DNA from: Asterias rubens
Lineage: Eukaryota
Length of the DNA: 64,000 nucleotides
Assembly: GCF_902459465.1 (NCBI RefSeq)
Contig: NC_047068.1
Coordinates: 5,828,001-5,892,000, forward strand
Reading direction: 5' to 3'
A program made the position numbers and the translations under genes. Below, piece after piece: positions 1 through 20,128 of this stretch. The notes under the pieces were generated by a model. That model searched no databases. It was not told where the DNA came from and saw only the letters and a program-made list of their open reading frames with translations. Within the stretch, counting starts at the first letter, position 1. Every line of letters starts with the position of its first letter.

Positions 1-2376
1 AATCGCTCATATTCTATTATTAATAATAATGGTACGTTTATTTTTTTTTTATAGTATCATTCATTATACACATTGAGGCATCTGTGTGTATAGACCTTAA
101 TAATGAATTGAGTAACTTAGCTTGCCAAAGTGACATTGTTTCATCTTTTATTAAAACGAACTCAGTGTGAAGATGTCTTTAAAGCCAACGCCCAAACTTC
201 AGAGCCTTTATTATTATTAGTCATCAATATAGCTACCAGTCGCGACCACACGCGGAGCATGAATAAATAACATTTGGTTTGCGGTAACACCACGTGTAGG
301 ATGTCTCAGGGTAGATGGCATTAGCTTTCGAAAGGGAACTTCTTCAGAGCAGGGAGGTAGAACTATGTTCAGAGGCATAAACAAGTAGGCCTATACAAAC
401 AAATGCATATCCATTTACAAAGTTACTATTTTTATATATCTATTTGGTCGCTATGAACCAATGGTAGGAGTGGGTATAAGAACATCATATCATATACTTA
501 CTGGGTATGATTTATGATGTTCTTTTTAGAAAAAAAAACCCTAATCTACCAAGCAAATATTATATACATGTACATGTACATGCAGTGATGTATACATGTA
601 CAAATCCGCAAACCAATATTTGATTGCCCCACCATGCATCAATGCCCCAAATCCCATAATAAATAATAAAGTATTGTGATGCAAGGAACAATCTACATAA
701 GCAACTGGTGGCCTGGCAAGCCTTTTTACGCAGTATACAGGAAGAACGTGGACCATGTGTAATATTATTTTCAAAACAAATTGATGACATTAATTTTACC
801 AACTCCTTTACCGGGTAACGCCCTTTTCTTTGGGCGTAACCTTGACAGCAGGGTCTTCGGTGCAATGATTGGGAGCATCAATGGTGCACCCCTCCAATTC
901 CCTTCTTCAAATAGTAATTGCTATCCCAAATCTGTGCTGACATTTCAGTTTTATCGCAAAGATATTCGGTACCAACTTGTCATTAGCTTTCACTCATCAA
1001 ATCCATCTGATGGGATGACCTTCGGTGTTATTAATGAAGACAATCCCTTAGGTCAACATTTATAATCACCATTACAGCAGTGTGGACCCTAAGTGCCACT
1101 AATTAAAAGGGTATTTGTACTTACTGTTCACTGAATGATAATTAGAATCGTGGTCAAATATTTGTGTTGTTGATTTATGCAGGGCTTCTGTACGGAGATA
1201 CCATTTTTGCCGACATGTTTTCCATTGCGTGTGCGTGTGCATGGCATGCAAGTCAATGCATGGGCAACTGTGTGGCGTGCCCATGTCTATTATTATAATT
1301 ATAAATAAAGACACCTAGATAATATTTCCATTCAAACCTCAAATCCGAAGCTACAGTTAGTTTAGTAATTATTGAGGTAAACAATGAAATAGTTAGTATT
1401 TTGGATACAGAATAACTCAACAGTAGAGTAAACCGAAATAGAGACTGATGGCTCACTTGGCTATAGCTTCAACAACACGCATTCGAGTCGCGTTGTTCAA
1501 AGATTGCCAACCATTCGTTCGGTTTCATTCATTTTAAAATATGTAATAAACATTTTGATACATAAATCATTATTCTATTGCAGTTTTCCTCGCTAACAAC
1601 TGGTGATACGCGTTAAAATATCCAATCAATTGTATAGCCTCCAATACTCATTGCGTAGGTTGTAAAATTATATTGGAGTCATCATGTTTGTAATTATTGA
1701 CCGCAATTTGGGAAAAGCAACACATGGACAAGAGAAGAGCCCTTATCCTTCGTAATAAATACAGCAATGGTAGCATCAACCATCCGTTCCAGCGTTACGT
1801 TACTTAGCAACGCATTCTTCCTCCTCGCATCCATCGATCGAGAAATAGATTGACCTATAAAACGTCTGCTTGTGAAAGCGCCCTCTCTTGACGTTTCATA
1901 TAATAATGTTTTTTGTTCAGCCTGATGGCAGCATTATAGTTTTGCTTATTGATTATAGTTAGGTCAGACTATAAACCCGGTGTCCATTTTTTCTTCACAT
2001 TATAATGGCCTCTGTCGTGGTGCTTTCCAATGTTTTTTCCCTCTCTAATCCCTCTTCTAAATCAATTTAAAAAAAGGAAATCCTTAACAAACAAAAACCA
2101 GGACAATTTTTGAGGATGGCAATTCTGTGCAGAAAGACAGTGCAACACGGTAACCCAAGAATACGAAAAATGCATATCGTACAATCTCGCAAACTAAAAT
2201 TGTAACCTATCCTTGGTAAGCCTTTGGATTGCAAAACTTTGATTTTGGGGTGTGGGATTTTAAGATCCACGTCATACTCGAGTATGACATATATTGTTAT
2301 GTTTATTTCGATCATAACAAAGATAGAAAAACAAAAAGATAAAGAAATACAAATTAATGCACTTACAGGAATTAAA

Positions 2377-2476
2377 GCATCGTTTTGCGAATGCCAGCCT
2401 GTATGAATTCACAGAAAGATAACACTGCATCGTTTTGCGAATGTCAGCCTGTATGAATTCACAGAAAGATAACACT
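2377..2476. repeat. 2 x 50-bp tandem duplication
   Basis: gcatcgttttgcgaatg(c/t)cagcctgtatgaattcacagaaagataacact occurs twice. Confidence 0.9.
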
Positions 2477-4018
2477 TCCTCTGAAGGCATATGGAGTCAA
2501 TGACAGTCACATTAGTCAGGTGGCTTAAGTGTCAAACTTTAAGGTTACCGTTACTAGGTGGAAAAAGCTATTTTTTTTAGCAAGAGGCTCCCTTGGAGCA
2601 TACTAGTTTTAATTAACCTCCGAAGTGGTTTTTAAAAAAATGGCCACCAAATATGCAGAATATCCCTTTTCTGAAGTCCTGGGAGTGGCACCAAAGAATA
2701 ACAAAAAGACAATAGACTCACTCTGTGGCTTCGATGGGTATTGCATTACATATGAAGTTTGGACCTCATAACATAATGCATGGTTTTGAAGCGCTATGTG
2801 GACTTACACACATCCACACAATGTTTTCACTAGTGTTGAAGAAACGTTCACAGAGTAACTGAACACAGAGCTGTGTGAGTTTCTGAGCCTGTACAATACA
2901 GATTTATCTTTTGAAGAAAAAGTAGGAAATCTGATTGAGTACCTCATCATTTTAATAAAGACTTAACTGGGTTATTTTAGGGAAAACACATCACATAAGA
3001 TTTTAAAGGGAAGAATATTACAGTTCATACATATGCCTGTTATAAACAGAGACATTGTCTAACCATAGTCTAAACTAAGACAGATTTGCGGTAACACCAA
3101 ATGATATCTCATTGTTTGGTGTTGATTCTGAAAAGAACCAGTGGTTAGAGACAATGTCAACCCACTGTCACGCCTTGAAGATTAACCTTACACTCCTACA
3201 AACATTGGATTAACAACTCTTTGTATAGCGTAGAAATATGAGATTGTTTATTCAATTTGAAAACTTATAGTAACTATAACAGAGTACATTTGAACACCTT
3301 GGCTTTAACTAGGGTCTAAATAACAACATATCAATACAATTTTTTACATAAAATTTGACAAGATAGAAACGAATTTATAAAGAAATTATTTTACAAAAGA
3401 TTGCACACATTCATTTCAAATTGTTAGTAGTTCATCATTGACAAAATGAATTTTGCAAAAATAAGTTTTGTCTGCTAAGTTGTTATCTATCAATGGAAGT
3501 GAAGATAAAAAAAACAATGTTTCCAGAAGGAAACAAAAACATGAAGAAACAAAAAACGTTGACGATGTTTCAACTTTATTTTAAGATTCTGAAATTAAGT
3601 TCTTGTACAATGAATGTTTGTGTGGGGTGTGGGGTTTGTGATTTGGGGTAGCAAAACATGATTTCCTTTTCAAATTTATTAAAAATATATCAAGTCAACA
3701 TTCATTTCATGAAACACTGCTGGTATTTTGCTAAGCTGGATTTTGTTACGCTCAACATGTTTGTGGGCTCACCAGCTCGGTGTAGCTCTTGTGTATAAAG
3801 ACCAGGATCCAACAAAACCCGTACGTTGCACATTTTTGCCTATTACCAGTACAGAGCAGCCCACAGCACAGCTTTTCTAATTCATTCACTGCTACCCATA
3901 AGAAAAGCGAAATAAACGCTAACTTGCCAGCCGTTTTTGTCAGAAAATGAGTTACACAATACATAGTGAATGTAAACACTCACAGTGAATACTTTTTTAG
4001 TATAAAATACACTTTTGC

Positions 4019-4402
4019 TTAAAGAAACTGGACACTGTTGTCAAAGACCAGTCTTCTCACTTGGTGTATCTCAGCATTTGCAAAAAATAAGGCATCTGAG
4101 AAAAATTTGAGCTCAATTGGTCATCGAAGTTGCAAGATAACTATGAAAGAAAAAACACCCTTGTCACACCAAGTTGTGTGCTTTCAGATGCTCGATTTTG
4201 AGACCTCAAATTCTAATTCTGAGGTCTCGAAATCCAATTCGTGGAAAAATGTTTCTTTCTCGAAAACTATGTTACTTCAGAGGGAGCTGTTTCTCACAAT
4301 TGATGCTTTATACTATCAACCTCTCTCCATTACTCGTTACCAAGTGAGGTTTTATGCTAATAATTATTTTGAGTAACTACCAATAGTGTCCACTGCCTTT
4401 AA
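4019..4402. mobile_element. TTAA-flanked MITE family A (Kolobok-type termini)
   Basis: Ends gtgtccactgcct|TTAA; shared body gaggtctcgaaatccaattc...ctctccattactcgttaccaag. Confidence 0.8.
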
Positions 4403-4802
4403 AGCTCATTTACAGCTACAGTAGGCAAACAAATTGGTTTACTGGTAAACAGCTTGATTAAGCTGCTTAGCACTGAAAAATATTGCTTAGCTAGAAAGGT
4501 TAATGACCAAAATGAAAGTATCTAATTTACATTGTTATTTTACTTGGCTAAGCAATGTTTCATGCGTCAAAATTGTATGAAATTTAGGCAAGACAATAAC
4601 CATTAATGGTGGAGTTGAACATGAACCTTATGCAGCGACGTCATCCCTACCATCTTAGATGTAAAAAAAATGACAACAAAACACATCTTGTAGACAGCGC
4701 AGAGCATGATCCAATGAGCCAGCTTCTTTTTACCTCTAGCCGAGGGTGCCCTACTCATATGACATCATGTGCTTAAGGTATATATAGTAAATGATTTATA
4801 AC

Positions 4803-5298
4803 TTAAACGACTATGGACACTACTGGTAACTGTCAAAGACCAGTCTTCTCACTTGGTGTGTCTCAAACATATGCATAAAATAACAAACCTGTGAAAATTT
4901 GAGCTTAATTGGTTGTTGGAGTTGCGAGCCAATAGTGAAAGAAAAAACACCCTTGTCACACAGAGTTGTCTGCTTTCAGATGCTTGATTTCAAGACCTCA
5001 AAAACTAATTCTGAGGTCTCGAAATCAAATTCTTGGAAAATAACTTCTTTCTTGAAAACTACGTTACTTTAGAGGGAGCCGTTTCTCACAATGTTTTATA
5101 CTACCAACAGCTCCCCATTACTCATTACCAAGTAACATTTTAAAATGTTTTTACAACGTATATTCTTGTTGTGTATCTTTTAAACTCAATTCAGCCCTCG
5201 GCTGCGATGTTTAAATTTTTAATAAACCAATAATAGTATTAATAAAAAAATGCTAACAATTATTGTGAGTTATTACCAATAGTGTCCACTGCCTTTAA
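4803..5298. mobile_element. MITE family A copy
   Basis: TTAA at both ends; same body as 4019-4402. Confidence 0.8.
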
Positions 5299-5796
5299 CC
5301 AGCACCTTCTAAGTAAAGCTACGTACTGCTTGTGAAGCATTTCTAGCCGTTACATTCCCACACTCTTTATGTACATATTGTTACATTGTCTTTACAAGTC
5401 ACCTTCACCATTATCTCTCGTTAAAAAAAACTCCAGTTAAGACATTTTCTCCCTCAACAGTACTGTGTTCAACATCACTGCTGCTTTACTTTGCCAATAA
5501 AAAACCTTTTCTTGGAATAATTGCATTGTCTTTATGAGTAATTACCAATGTCCAGTGCCTTCAATCAAGTCTGTTGACCCAAGATTTTCAAAAGCCAATA
5601 CCAGGAATGGGGTATGACAATCGTAAACCAATAACATGTTGAGTTTGTGAGGCAGTGGCTATTGGTATCCTACAGGTGCAATGACTAAACGGACAAAGTC
5701 TGCACAAACAATGAAACTCTTAGAGTTTACAATGGTAATAAATAATTCTATACATAGTAAATTCTCTTCTTACATGAGTTGTTGAACACTGTCTTC

Positions 5797-11783
<5,987 letters not shown>

Positions 11784-12178
11784 GTTGTTGTAGTAGTGCG
11801 TGTCAATCACGTAAAGCAACGCGAGAAATGCCTTTGGTCCGAGAATTCAATTCACCATTTGGAACAAAGTAGTCCGCATCGAAAAAACAAATTCATTTAG
11901 ATTGCGCATGAAATAACTTTATTATTGAAAACAAGATTTTTGAATTTTTCTCATCAGATATTTGACCGGGGACTAGAGGATTTCTTTTAATTTAAATTTT
12001 ATCTAAGAGTAATATTTCAAAATATCACTCCGCCATTTCCCTTTTTCCCCTTTTCAATAAAATTAGCAGTTGTTCGGTCCATGGTCCAACAAGCTAGCAT
12101 AGGTTGTGCACAACATTTACAGTGCCATTCTGCAAATATTAGATTTATTTTTCTCAATTGAAAACAACGGTATTGAAG
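11784..12178. promoter_or_regulatory. Putative bidirectional promoter of TVP23 and PLD6
   Basis: The two divergent start codons are only 395 bp apart. Transcription start sites are not determinable from sequence. Confidence 0.7.
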
Positions 12179-13488
12179 ATGAGTTTGCGACCATGGATCA
12201 CAGCAATTCTCACAGTCGGAGTTATGTCTGAAGTGGTTTATTTCTTGTACAGAAAGAAGGTGCACCAGAAACGTTGGCGCCATGTTTTTGCGTCGTCTGC
12301 TTCAGAAGCAGAGACATCAGTCACTACAGCGGAAGTTACAGTTCAGAGCCGGAGCTTTCACAAAGTTTTGTTTTTCCCGGATCCACAACGAATCTGTGCG
12401 GATCATTTCTTGTCTGAAAGGGGCTGCCATCGGCCAAAGTGTCCCTTCTCCCATAAAGAAACCAACTTTAGTCGGATGATTTCGTATCTGTTGCTGGCAA
12501 AAGAAACACTTGATGTATGCATGTACACAATATCAAACAATGATCTGGCTGACATTGTTATCAAACTTCATGAAAGAGGTGTGTTGGTTAGAATAATCAC
12601 AGATGACGAAGCGGTGAATTTGTCTGGGAATTATATCGGAAAATTCAGAAGAAGTGGTGGGTATTAGTATTAGTATAATAATCAGGCCAAGAACTTTTTA
12701 AAACTGTTATGATTTTTTGTTTTCATGTTACATTACAATATGTTTGTTATTCATTCAATTATTAAGAATAAAAATCTAGTTGAAATCTTGGGAAACATTA
12801 AGATGTAAGGGGCACCAAGGGCAAGGCCAAGACTATGTATGGCAACAGTTCTGGTTCATAATCAGCACAAAACATTATTATTAACTGCTAGACCCAGTGA
12901 CTAAGGCGCTAGATTATTTTTTTGGAAATATAGTGACATTATTGATCATCCAGCTGATAATGTCAAAATTTCAAAAAAAAAAGGAATCTAGCACCCCAGT
13001 CACTGGGTCTATATTAACTGCATACTAATTCAAAGAGAACTGTTTTTCAATGTTCATGGAGCACCAAGTGTAAATAAAATACACTTTTGAAGCCAAGAAT
13101 AGGGCCAGGAAAACTTCCAGCCCATCACACTACTTGGAGGATTGATGGGGAAGGGTTGGAAAACAAATCGTCATGCCCATTGAAGTATGCAAGATTATTT
13201 TTTTCATAGTTTTACAAAAATGTATGCATTTTTAAACCATGTTTTTTTGTTGTTGCAGGTATTCAAGTACGACGAGATTATTCCAGCTATTTAATGCATC
13301 ACAAGTTTGTCATTGTTGACAAGACGACCCTCCTCAATGGTTCCTTCAATTGGACGTGCCTAGCAGTTAACAGTAACAACGAGAACGTTCTGATCACAAA
13401 CAATCCTGAGATCGTTCAACCTTACTGTGCAGAGTACGAGAAACTTTGGGAAATGTTTGACCCCGCAAAGAGACAGTTGAAAGAATAA
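12179..13488 (+). CDS. PLD6: Mitochondrial cardiolipin hydrolase / Zucchini (PLD6), 2 exons, ~235 aa
   Basis: Exon 12179-12656 has an N-terminal hydrophobic anchor, a CCCH-like finger (CADHFLSERGCHRPKCPFSH) and LDVCMYTI. Exon 13259-13488 has a single HKD motif (HHKFVIVD), GSFNWT and NNENV. Phase-1 GT-AG intron; 708 nt in total. Confidence 0.95.
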
Positions 13489-15337
13489 CAAGCGTCACAA
13501 GCTACCTAAAGAACTTTCACAAGATTGAAAAGTGCCCTTACCGAGTTCAAAAGAAATCTGTTACCGAGTGGCACATACACTGCACTGTCCATTGTTTGAC
13601 CTTAGCAATGGCAGCCCATGTTATGGGTCAATTTACCCAATGCATCCCGATGTCATCAACATTTTGGTTGCACCATTTTGGTATTCATTGTACATTCACG
13701 TTATTCAGTGTAGTCTGCATCTAAGGCAATGCTGCCTTACACAACAAAAGCCTGGTTCATACTTCCTGCGAACAGTGTCCCTATTCTACAGGGTTCCGGT
13801 TGCACGTTTAAACAGCTACCTGAGCGGAATGTTTTTAACGGAAATGGTATTTTAACTTGTTTATAATGCACTTGTTGACCATTTTAATGTAATTTTGATA
13901 TGTGTACACTTCTGAATTGTTCGTACTTATCGATTAAAAAATCTGGCCCCAACCTAAAGGTTTGCAAAAACTAAAAACACTTCTGCCGTTGAGAGCGCGC
14001 GTCAAAGGACAATGCCGCTGACGTCATTTGTGGGAGTTTGCTTTGTTATACCTCCACGCTGCAAAAAAGCGGCTTTACAAATTGGAGCTCCCAACTATGA
14101 CGTTTTGAGAGTGATTACGTAATTGGGCTTTTCGCAAATCTCTCAGAAAAGCGCTGGATAAGGGTATTCAAAATGATTGTTTTTTTACACAATCAAAATC
14201 TATTTATAATCATATGACTCGATTTCATTATTCATTGAAAACATTTTAAATGGAATTCAGCAAAGTTCACGACTTGACATTTTCGTTCAACCAGGTCTTT
14301 AATGATGTTTACCGCTAACCTAACTCTAGAGCAGGGTTGGCTATTCCCATTTGCTGGGGCAATCAAGGGTAAATAAGGGAATAGTGTGAAAAGGGCTTCA
14401 GACACTACTCGGGGGTGCGTTTTCGTCAACAAAACCAATAACTGTGTCGGTTGAACTTGCCATTGGTTTATCACTGGTAATTGACCAAAAATGTAATTTG
14501 TTCAACCGCGAAAATGCACCCCAGGCACGGCGTAGAGTAAACACAAGGGGCAGCAAGGCGGGCTGGACGTAGTGTGGGTGAAGAATTGGGAGGTGATGAA
14601 TTCAGAAATATTGTTAGATCTTTGTAAGACTTTGGGGTTAATTTACATGTTTGATGTGGGTGGTGGGATGGGGATGGACAAAACATGCCACTGGATTAAT
14701 TGGTTATTCATAAATACCTAAGACAGTTTATCCATTCTGATTGGTCGAGAGGGCATCACGAGGTGTTGTTTGAACGGATGATATAACACCAGTTCTTTAT
14801 TCCTATTGGTCGAGAGCAACGGCTGAAACAGTTGTGCAACATCATGCGATTTTAAGGAGTTGTTTACCCAAGGGCCTAACCATTTCATAGCTGGAGGGGT
14901 GTTGTGTTAAAAGAAATCATTGAATAATTTTAATCTTTGCATTTATTTTACCTTTTGACCAAAAAGTGTTGATGTTTTTTGACCGAAAAGGTGTTTATGA
15001 GTGGGAATCTTGATAATTTACCTCGACTTCGTCTCAGTAAAATTATCATCAAGTCCAGGCCCCGGCGCGGGTTTAAACCACTAGTTGAAAACCTCTTCAC
15101 CACACATTGATTCCCTAATTCTATGCTTTGCCAAGTTTTTCAGGCAACTCAATGCCATAGTGCGTGTGAAGTAACTCATTTGAAATCAACTCTAATAAAG
15201 TCAGCGAAATTGCTCAGAGAGTTAACTTTGCCAATTCTAAACATTATTGATGGAATAACTACCAAGACTGTAAAATATGTTCATTAGTGTATTTTATCCC
15301 TAGACTTCTTTATTGATATTTCCAGTTACATTCACTC

Positions 15338-15700
15338 TAAAGGAACACGATGCCTTGGATCGGCTGAGTTGCGTTTGTAAAAGTTTTTTATAAAATGCAT
15401 ATGATTAGAAAGATATTTTAAAAGTAGAATATAATGATCCACACAAGTTTTCCCTGAAATTGCGTGGTTTTCCTTACTTAGCAAACCAACATGGTCGGCC
15501 AGTTATGAGAGTAAACAATTTTACTCCAATAATGGCCGACCGTGTTAGCCTGAAGAGGTAACAGGAAAACCACGCAATTTCGAGTGATACTTGTGTGGAT
15601 CATTATATTATACTTTTAAAATATCTTTCTAATCATATGCATTTTATAACAAATGGTTGCAAATGTTACATGACCGCTTCAAGGCAATGTGTTCCTTTAA
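15338..15700. mobile_element. TTAA-type palindromic MITE family B
   Basis: aggaacacg(a/t)tgccttggatcgg ... ccaaggcaacgtgttcct|TTAA termini and an internal palindrome. A truncated copy lies at 29362-29535. Confidence 0.8.
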
Positions 15701-16411
15701 AATAACAAAAGCAATCCTTTGTGGACTTTACCTTTGCTGCGTTTTTTTTATTACCATAATTTATGTTCATAATTAAAAACAAAACTGTATTTTTGTATTG
15801 ATTACAACTAAACCATTAATAATTTGTTGAAATTTAAAAATGGCTGTAATAAAAAAAGGATTGCCATACAAAATGTGAAAGTTCAATTACATCTCGTCAC
15901 CAATTGTGTTGTTTATAAAATAAACTATTCGGCTTGATAATAATAATGAGACAACTTATAATGTGCCATGTCTGTCACAGGTGACACTCCTGAAGCAGAA
16001 ACCCGTACTAAGCTAACATCTAACGTAGGAACTATTAAAACAGAAGGTAAAACAGCGGACTAGAAGAGATGATCGCATACAAAGTTTTGATTTCTTGATG
16101 TAATTGATCAAAGGCACTGTAATTACTCAAAATAATTGTAAGCATAAAAACTTACTTGGTAACGAACAATGGAGAGAGCTGTTGATAGTAATAAACATTG
16201 TGAAAACAGCGTTTTTATGTGTAAGCTGGTACACGTGTACATGTAAGTTTAGTTTTCTGCAAGAACTCCATTTTTTTTTAAAATCAAGGTAATACTCTTC
16301 ACTTGAGACTTCCCAATATTCACTAAAAAAATTAACTTGATGCAGGAAATGAAGTTTATAAAAGAAAATCTTGGCACTAAAAGATGCTCCAAGTACACTA
16401 TAGTTCTTATG

Positions 16412-16790
16412 TTAAAGGTACATTACAGAATTGGTTTTGCAAACAAACCAGTTGCTAGCAGTTCTGCAACGTTCCTTTAAAGGAACGCTACAGAATTGTT
16501 AAACAAAAATCGTGAAGATCACAGATTTACATAAAACTTGCACGGTCTAATGATGATGGTACTTGAAAACATCCCTTAAAACAATTAATCTAACTTCGCA
16601 TTTGGAGTTAATCGCCCAGAAAGCGTTTTTATTCATTTTTATTTCGGCATCGATGCAATGCAGAAGTTTTTGTAAATTTTTCACTACTCTCTCGTGACCC
16701 AGATGACCGATCGATCTCAAACTTCTACAGGTTTGTCAGTTTATGTATGTGGTGGATTCCATAAAGTGCTTACACAGCAAGCAACTGAAG
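16412..16790. mobile_element. TTAA-type MITE family C, rearranged head-to-head ends
   Basis: Two opposed termini meet at cctTTAAagg (16474-16483); the body matches 63098-63420. Confidence 0.7.
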
Positions 16791-17649
16791 GTTTGCAAGT
16801 TGGAATGATAATAGACTTTAAAATAATTACAGTGACACAATGAAGATAATTCTCTTTCGAGTGATGGTGGTTCTGAGACAGTACACATGTATACTCTCTC
16901 ACATAGAAATCTACAAGTCAGCCTGCTAAAATTTTTATTCTGAAAACAGTTTGATGAAGGGGACTTATCTGGATCCCATGGGTCTATTTAGTATTTCAGT
17001 GATGTCTTTCCTTGGGACTTGGACTTTATCCTGTGAGTAACTTCCATAAACACATTAATTTCTTCAGACATGTCTTTTACTTATGTGTACCTTGAAAAAT
17101 TACACGCACTTCATTGCATTTTATAATATTTTTCTCCTTTTTATTCATATGGAAGTAAGTAACCCCCGAATAAAAAAGAATTTACTTATAAAGCTTTTAC
17201 TTCCTTTTATGAATATGGATGGTAGTTAACACTTAAATTTCAAGTAAAAGAATTACCCCTATATTTCAACAATACAATTGTTTTAAGTACAAACTTCAAA
17301 ATCAGTAAGCTTTCAAATTAAAATTAAATAACGAACCTTTCAAATTAAAATTAAATAACGAACCTTTTAAATTTTAATTTGAAACCCTACAATAACACCT
17401 TCATTTTTATATATTTTTTAATATTTTTTATTGGGGGGGGGGGGGATATTGCTCAAGGAGAAAAGTAGAATTGTAAAGCAAAAATTGAATGTTTCACTCA
17501 GACTTCTTCTAAAGCACGAAAGGCCTAAAAATCACTCGCAGCACCCCCAGCAATTGCAGTAGTGCCCTGTGCTTTTGCTGTGGTGCCCTGTAAAAAGGTT
17601 CCTATACAAATTCATATTTTTCTCATGGAGGTGCATATTAATGTTGCAC

Positions 17650-17792
17650 ATGCTGTACACTCCCCAGGGAGCTGAGATGGTTTAAGGAATGAATTAAGGC
17701 ACAGTGACTCGGTGTAATAATGTTGGAAGTGCTTTGAGATGCCCTTCGGAAGTGAAAAGCGCTACATACAGTAAAAACAGGTTATTATTATT
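17650..17792 (+). mobile_element. SINE/LINE 3' tail fragment
   Basis: aagtgctttgagatgcccttcgg...aaaagcgctaca...ttattattatta, the same tail type as the SINE at 39213. Confidence 0.5.
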
Positions 17793-18532
17793 ACAAGAGA
17801 GATATTGCTGTGCCCCTTCAGAGAGGAAGTTTAAAGCTTAGCATGATATGAATAGCCTGGCCAGCTTTTACAATCATAAATACAAATTAACATTTTCTAT
17901 ATTAACTGTTAAAGCTTGAATAGCTTAGGTTTTGGTTCTACATGTTCTTGAAATCTTATCTTTAAATTATTGTTTAATAATACGAGTACTGCAGAGGATA
18001 TTCCACAAATTAATACTAGAGTTGACAACTTTTCATTGCAGATAAAAATTAACCTTACTTTTGTAAAATATTAGTATCTCGTCAAAAAAACAAGTGACTC
18101 ACTGAAACAAAATCTGCAATGAACATGGTTTTGACATGGTCAACAACCAGCACACTCACAGCACCCTCTTTTAAGAACAATAACATATACTTGTATCATG
18201 ATTTTAAAGTTTCATGGGGGGACAAAACCACAAGCCAGTTTCACCCAGTTCCAAGATTCTTGCACTGTATGTACTGTCTCCTAGAACACCAAATCACACC
18301 GTTGTACCCATAGAGTTATATAAAAGAACTACATGTAGAGGGCGCACTGGCATGCTGCATGCAGAAACGCGACAGGACCACAAGGAGACAAAGGCAGTTT
18401 TATAAGATGAACATTGTACGAACGTTGAATATGAAGTAGGCCTACACATCGGTGTGTGTGTGTACAATTAATACACCCTACGCTATTTTTTTCTTCTTCA
18501 ACTTACCATATGGCCGCATGCTGGGCCAGCGT

Positions 18533-20002
18533 TAGTCTTGGTGCAAGACGTTTCTCGTTTCCTTTTCACGCACACCGCGGCCAATTCACCGACAGCGCGC
18601 GCACCGACTCACCTGACTTATAGTCCACTCACCGCCCCGGAGAAACGTCTTGGTCCGTGTGCTAGATTGAGTTATGTGACCTTCGTATACATATTCAACG
18701 TGTGGGTCAACAAAATACTACGCACGCGCACAACTGGAAACAGACAAGCGGGCCAGCCTGGTAACTTGCATGCACCCGACGTGTCGAGTCAAAAAGCCTC
18801 GCTGCATCATGCTACGGCGGGAACCCGGGGAAATACACACCATGTGCGTTTTGTTGCGCATGCAAAGGCGATCACTGATCTTTATGTTATTATTAATTAG
18901 AGATCAGCGGTTGCGATCGATTGTTAGAGGGAAGAAATTGTCAGTCAATGAAAAAATACTATAACAATATTGCTGACCCCATCGGCAAGACTCGAGGAGT
19001 CGAGTGTTTTATTTGCAGATGAGAGAACTTGTAACTTGTATGGGTGTATTTGCACATTATTTCGAAAATAAAGAAAGATATCCTGCATGGCCGGCACAGT
19101 TTTGGGCGAAGAGATCACAATCGTTCGCCAAAATTGTCCTCCATTAAATGTCATGTCTACTTGTGGCCAAGTGCGTGGGCAAAGGATATGTACATGTACC
19201 TTCTTGTACACGTGCACACAGTACACAACCGAATGCCAACGTGGTGTTGTGGCTGGGCTTCTTATCTTCGCGAAGACGTGTCAAATTACTCATAGGCTTA
19301 GATATTTAATAGTGGTCGACCACTGGTTGATTTTGACCAAGCTGTGTGAGAATGATACGGAAGTTTTGGATGTAGTGTTTAGTTTTTTCTGCATAAAAAG
19401 TACTTTCAGGCACTGTGACCCTATAATTATTTTTACCTACAAAGTCACCCTTTGGACTAAGACTAAAAATGCCAGAAAATCCCACGTTCGTGTACATCGA
19501 TCTATTTTTGTTAGCTCTGTTGCTAAAAAACATCATCGTTCATAACATTTTAAGATTCCATTCCCCTCAATTAATTGCACTTACAAAAATTCTCAAAATC
19601 AATCTTCCCCAAAAACGTATTTTAGGGCAAACTAAAATTCGCACATCGTTCAGCAGCAATCATGTTTACAAAAATTAAAAGACGAACGTAAATGTACAAG
19701 CCCGACACACCAACTAACATACGAGGAAGCCTCGCTGTTTCTGGTTGCGTTGCACAGAAGACGTACAGATACCAGACTGTGGGAAATTATGCTGATACTG
19801 CTACGTCAGAGTTATGCAGGCCTAGCGCAGCACGGCATGATTGGAATGTGCTCGGAATTTCCCGAGCGATCAGCACACGGACCAAGACGTTTCTCCGGGG
19901 CGGTGAGTGGACTATAAGTCAGGTGAGTCGGTGCGCGCGCTGTCGGTGAATTGGCCGCGGTGTGCGTGAAAAGGAAACGAGAAACGTCTTGCACCAAGAC
20001 TA
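18533..20002. mobile_element. Non-autonomous Mutator-like (MULE) DNA transposon, 1470 bp
   Basis: 131-bp terminal inverted repeats (18533-18663 and 19872-20002), apparently perfect, and a perfect 9-bp TSD ggccagcgt (18524-18532 and 20003-20011). No recognisable transposase inside. Confidence 0.92.
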
Positions 20003-20128
20003 GGCCAGCGTACATAGGCAAATGAACCCTCTTTTTCTTATAGTTAACTTTATGGTTGTACCATATCTTTACAGATTAGTGTCATCCGTTGAGGAATCCG
20101 AGCTTTGTTTCAGTGAGTCTTCCTCATG

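Noticed and set aside
541-1900. Several overlapping 67-101 aa ORFs on both strands with coding-like GC content
   Set aside because: No motif I recognise and no consistent splice model. It may be a decayed element or gene, but this is unsupported.
3752-3979. 75-aa Cys-rich minus-strand ORF ending near a GTGAG donor-like site
   Set aside because: No recognisable homology. It lies beyond the TVP23 stop and is probably UTR or intergenic.
4038-4376. Similar ORFs here and at 7830-8042, 21461-21646 and 34481-34774 that look like a protein family
   Set aside because: They are chance translations of MITE family A, with variable frames and stops between copies.
12179-13488. piRNA nuclease gene near a TE-dense region as a defence island
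   Set aside because: TE density seems high throughout this DNA and nothing links PLD6's position to these elements.
13532-13855. 107-aa ORF after PLD6
   Set aside because: Only a faint resemblance to a LINE 3' end (HTLHCPLF, SYFLRTV), too weak to call.
18538-20021. Many ORFs in the MULE-like element, including mirrored ones in the TIRs
   Set aside because: No DDE, SWIM or FLYWCH motif; the mirrored ORFs are simply the inverted repeats.
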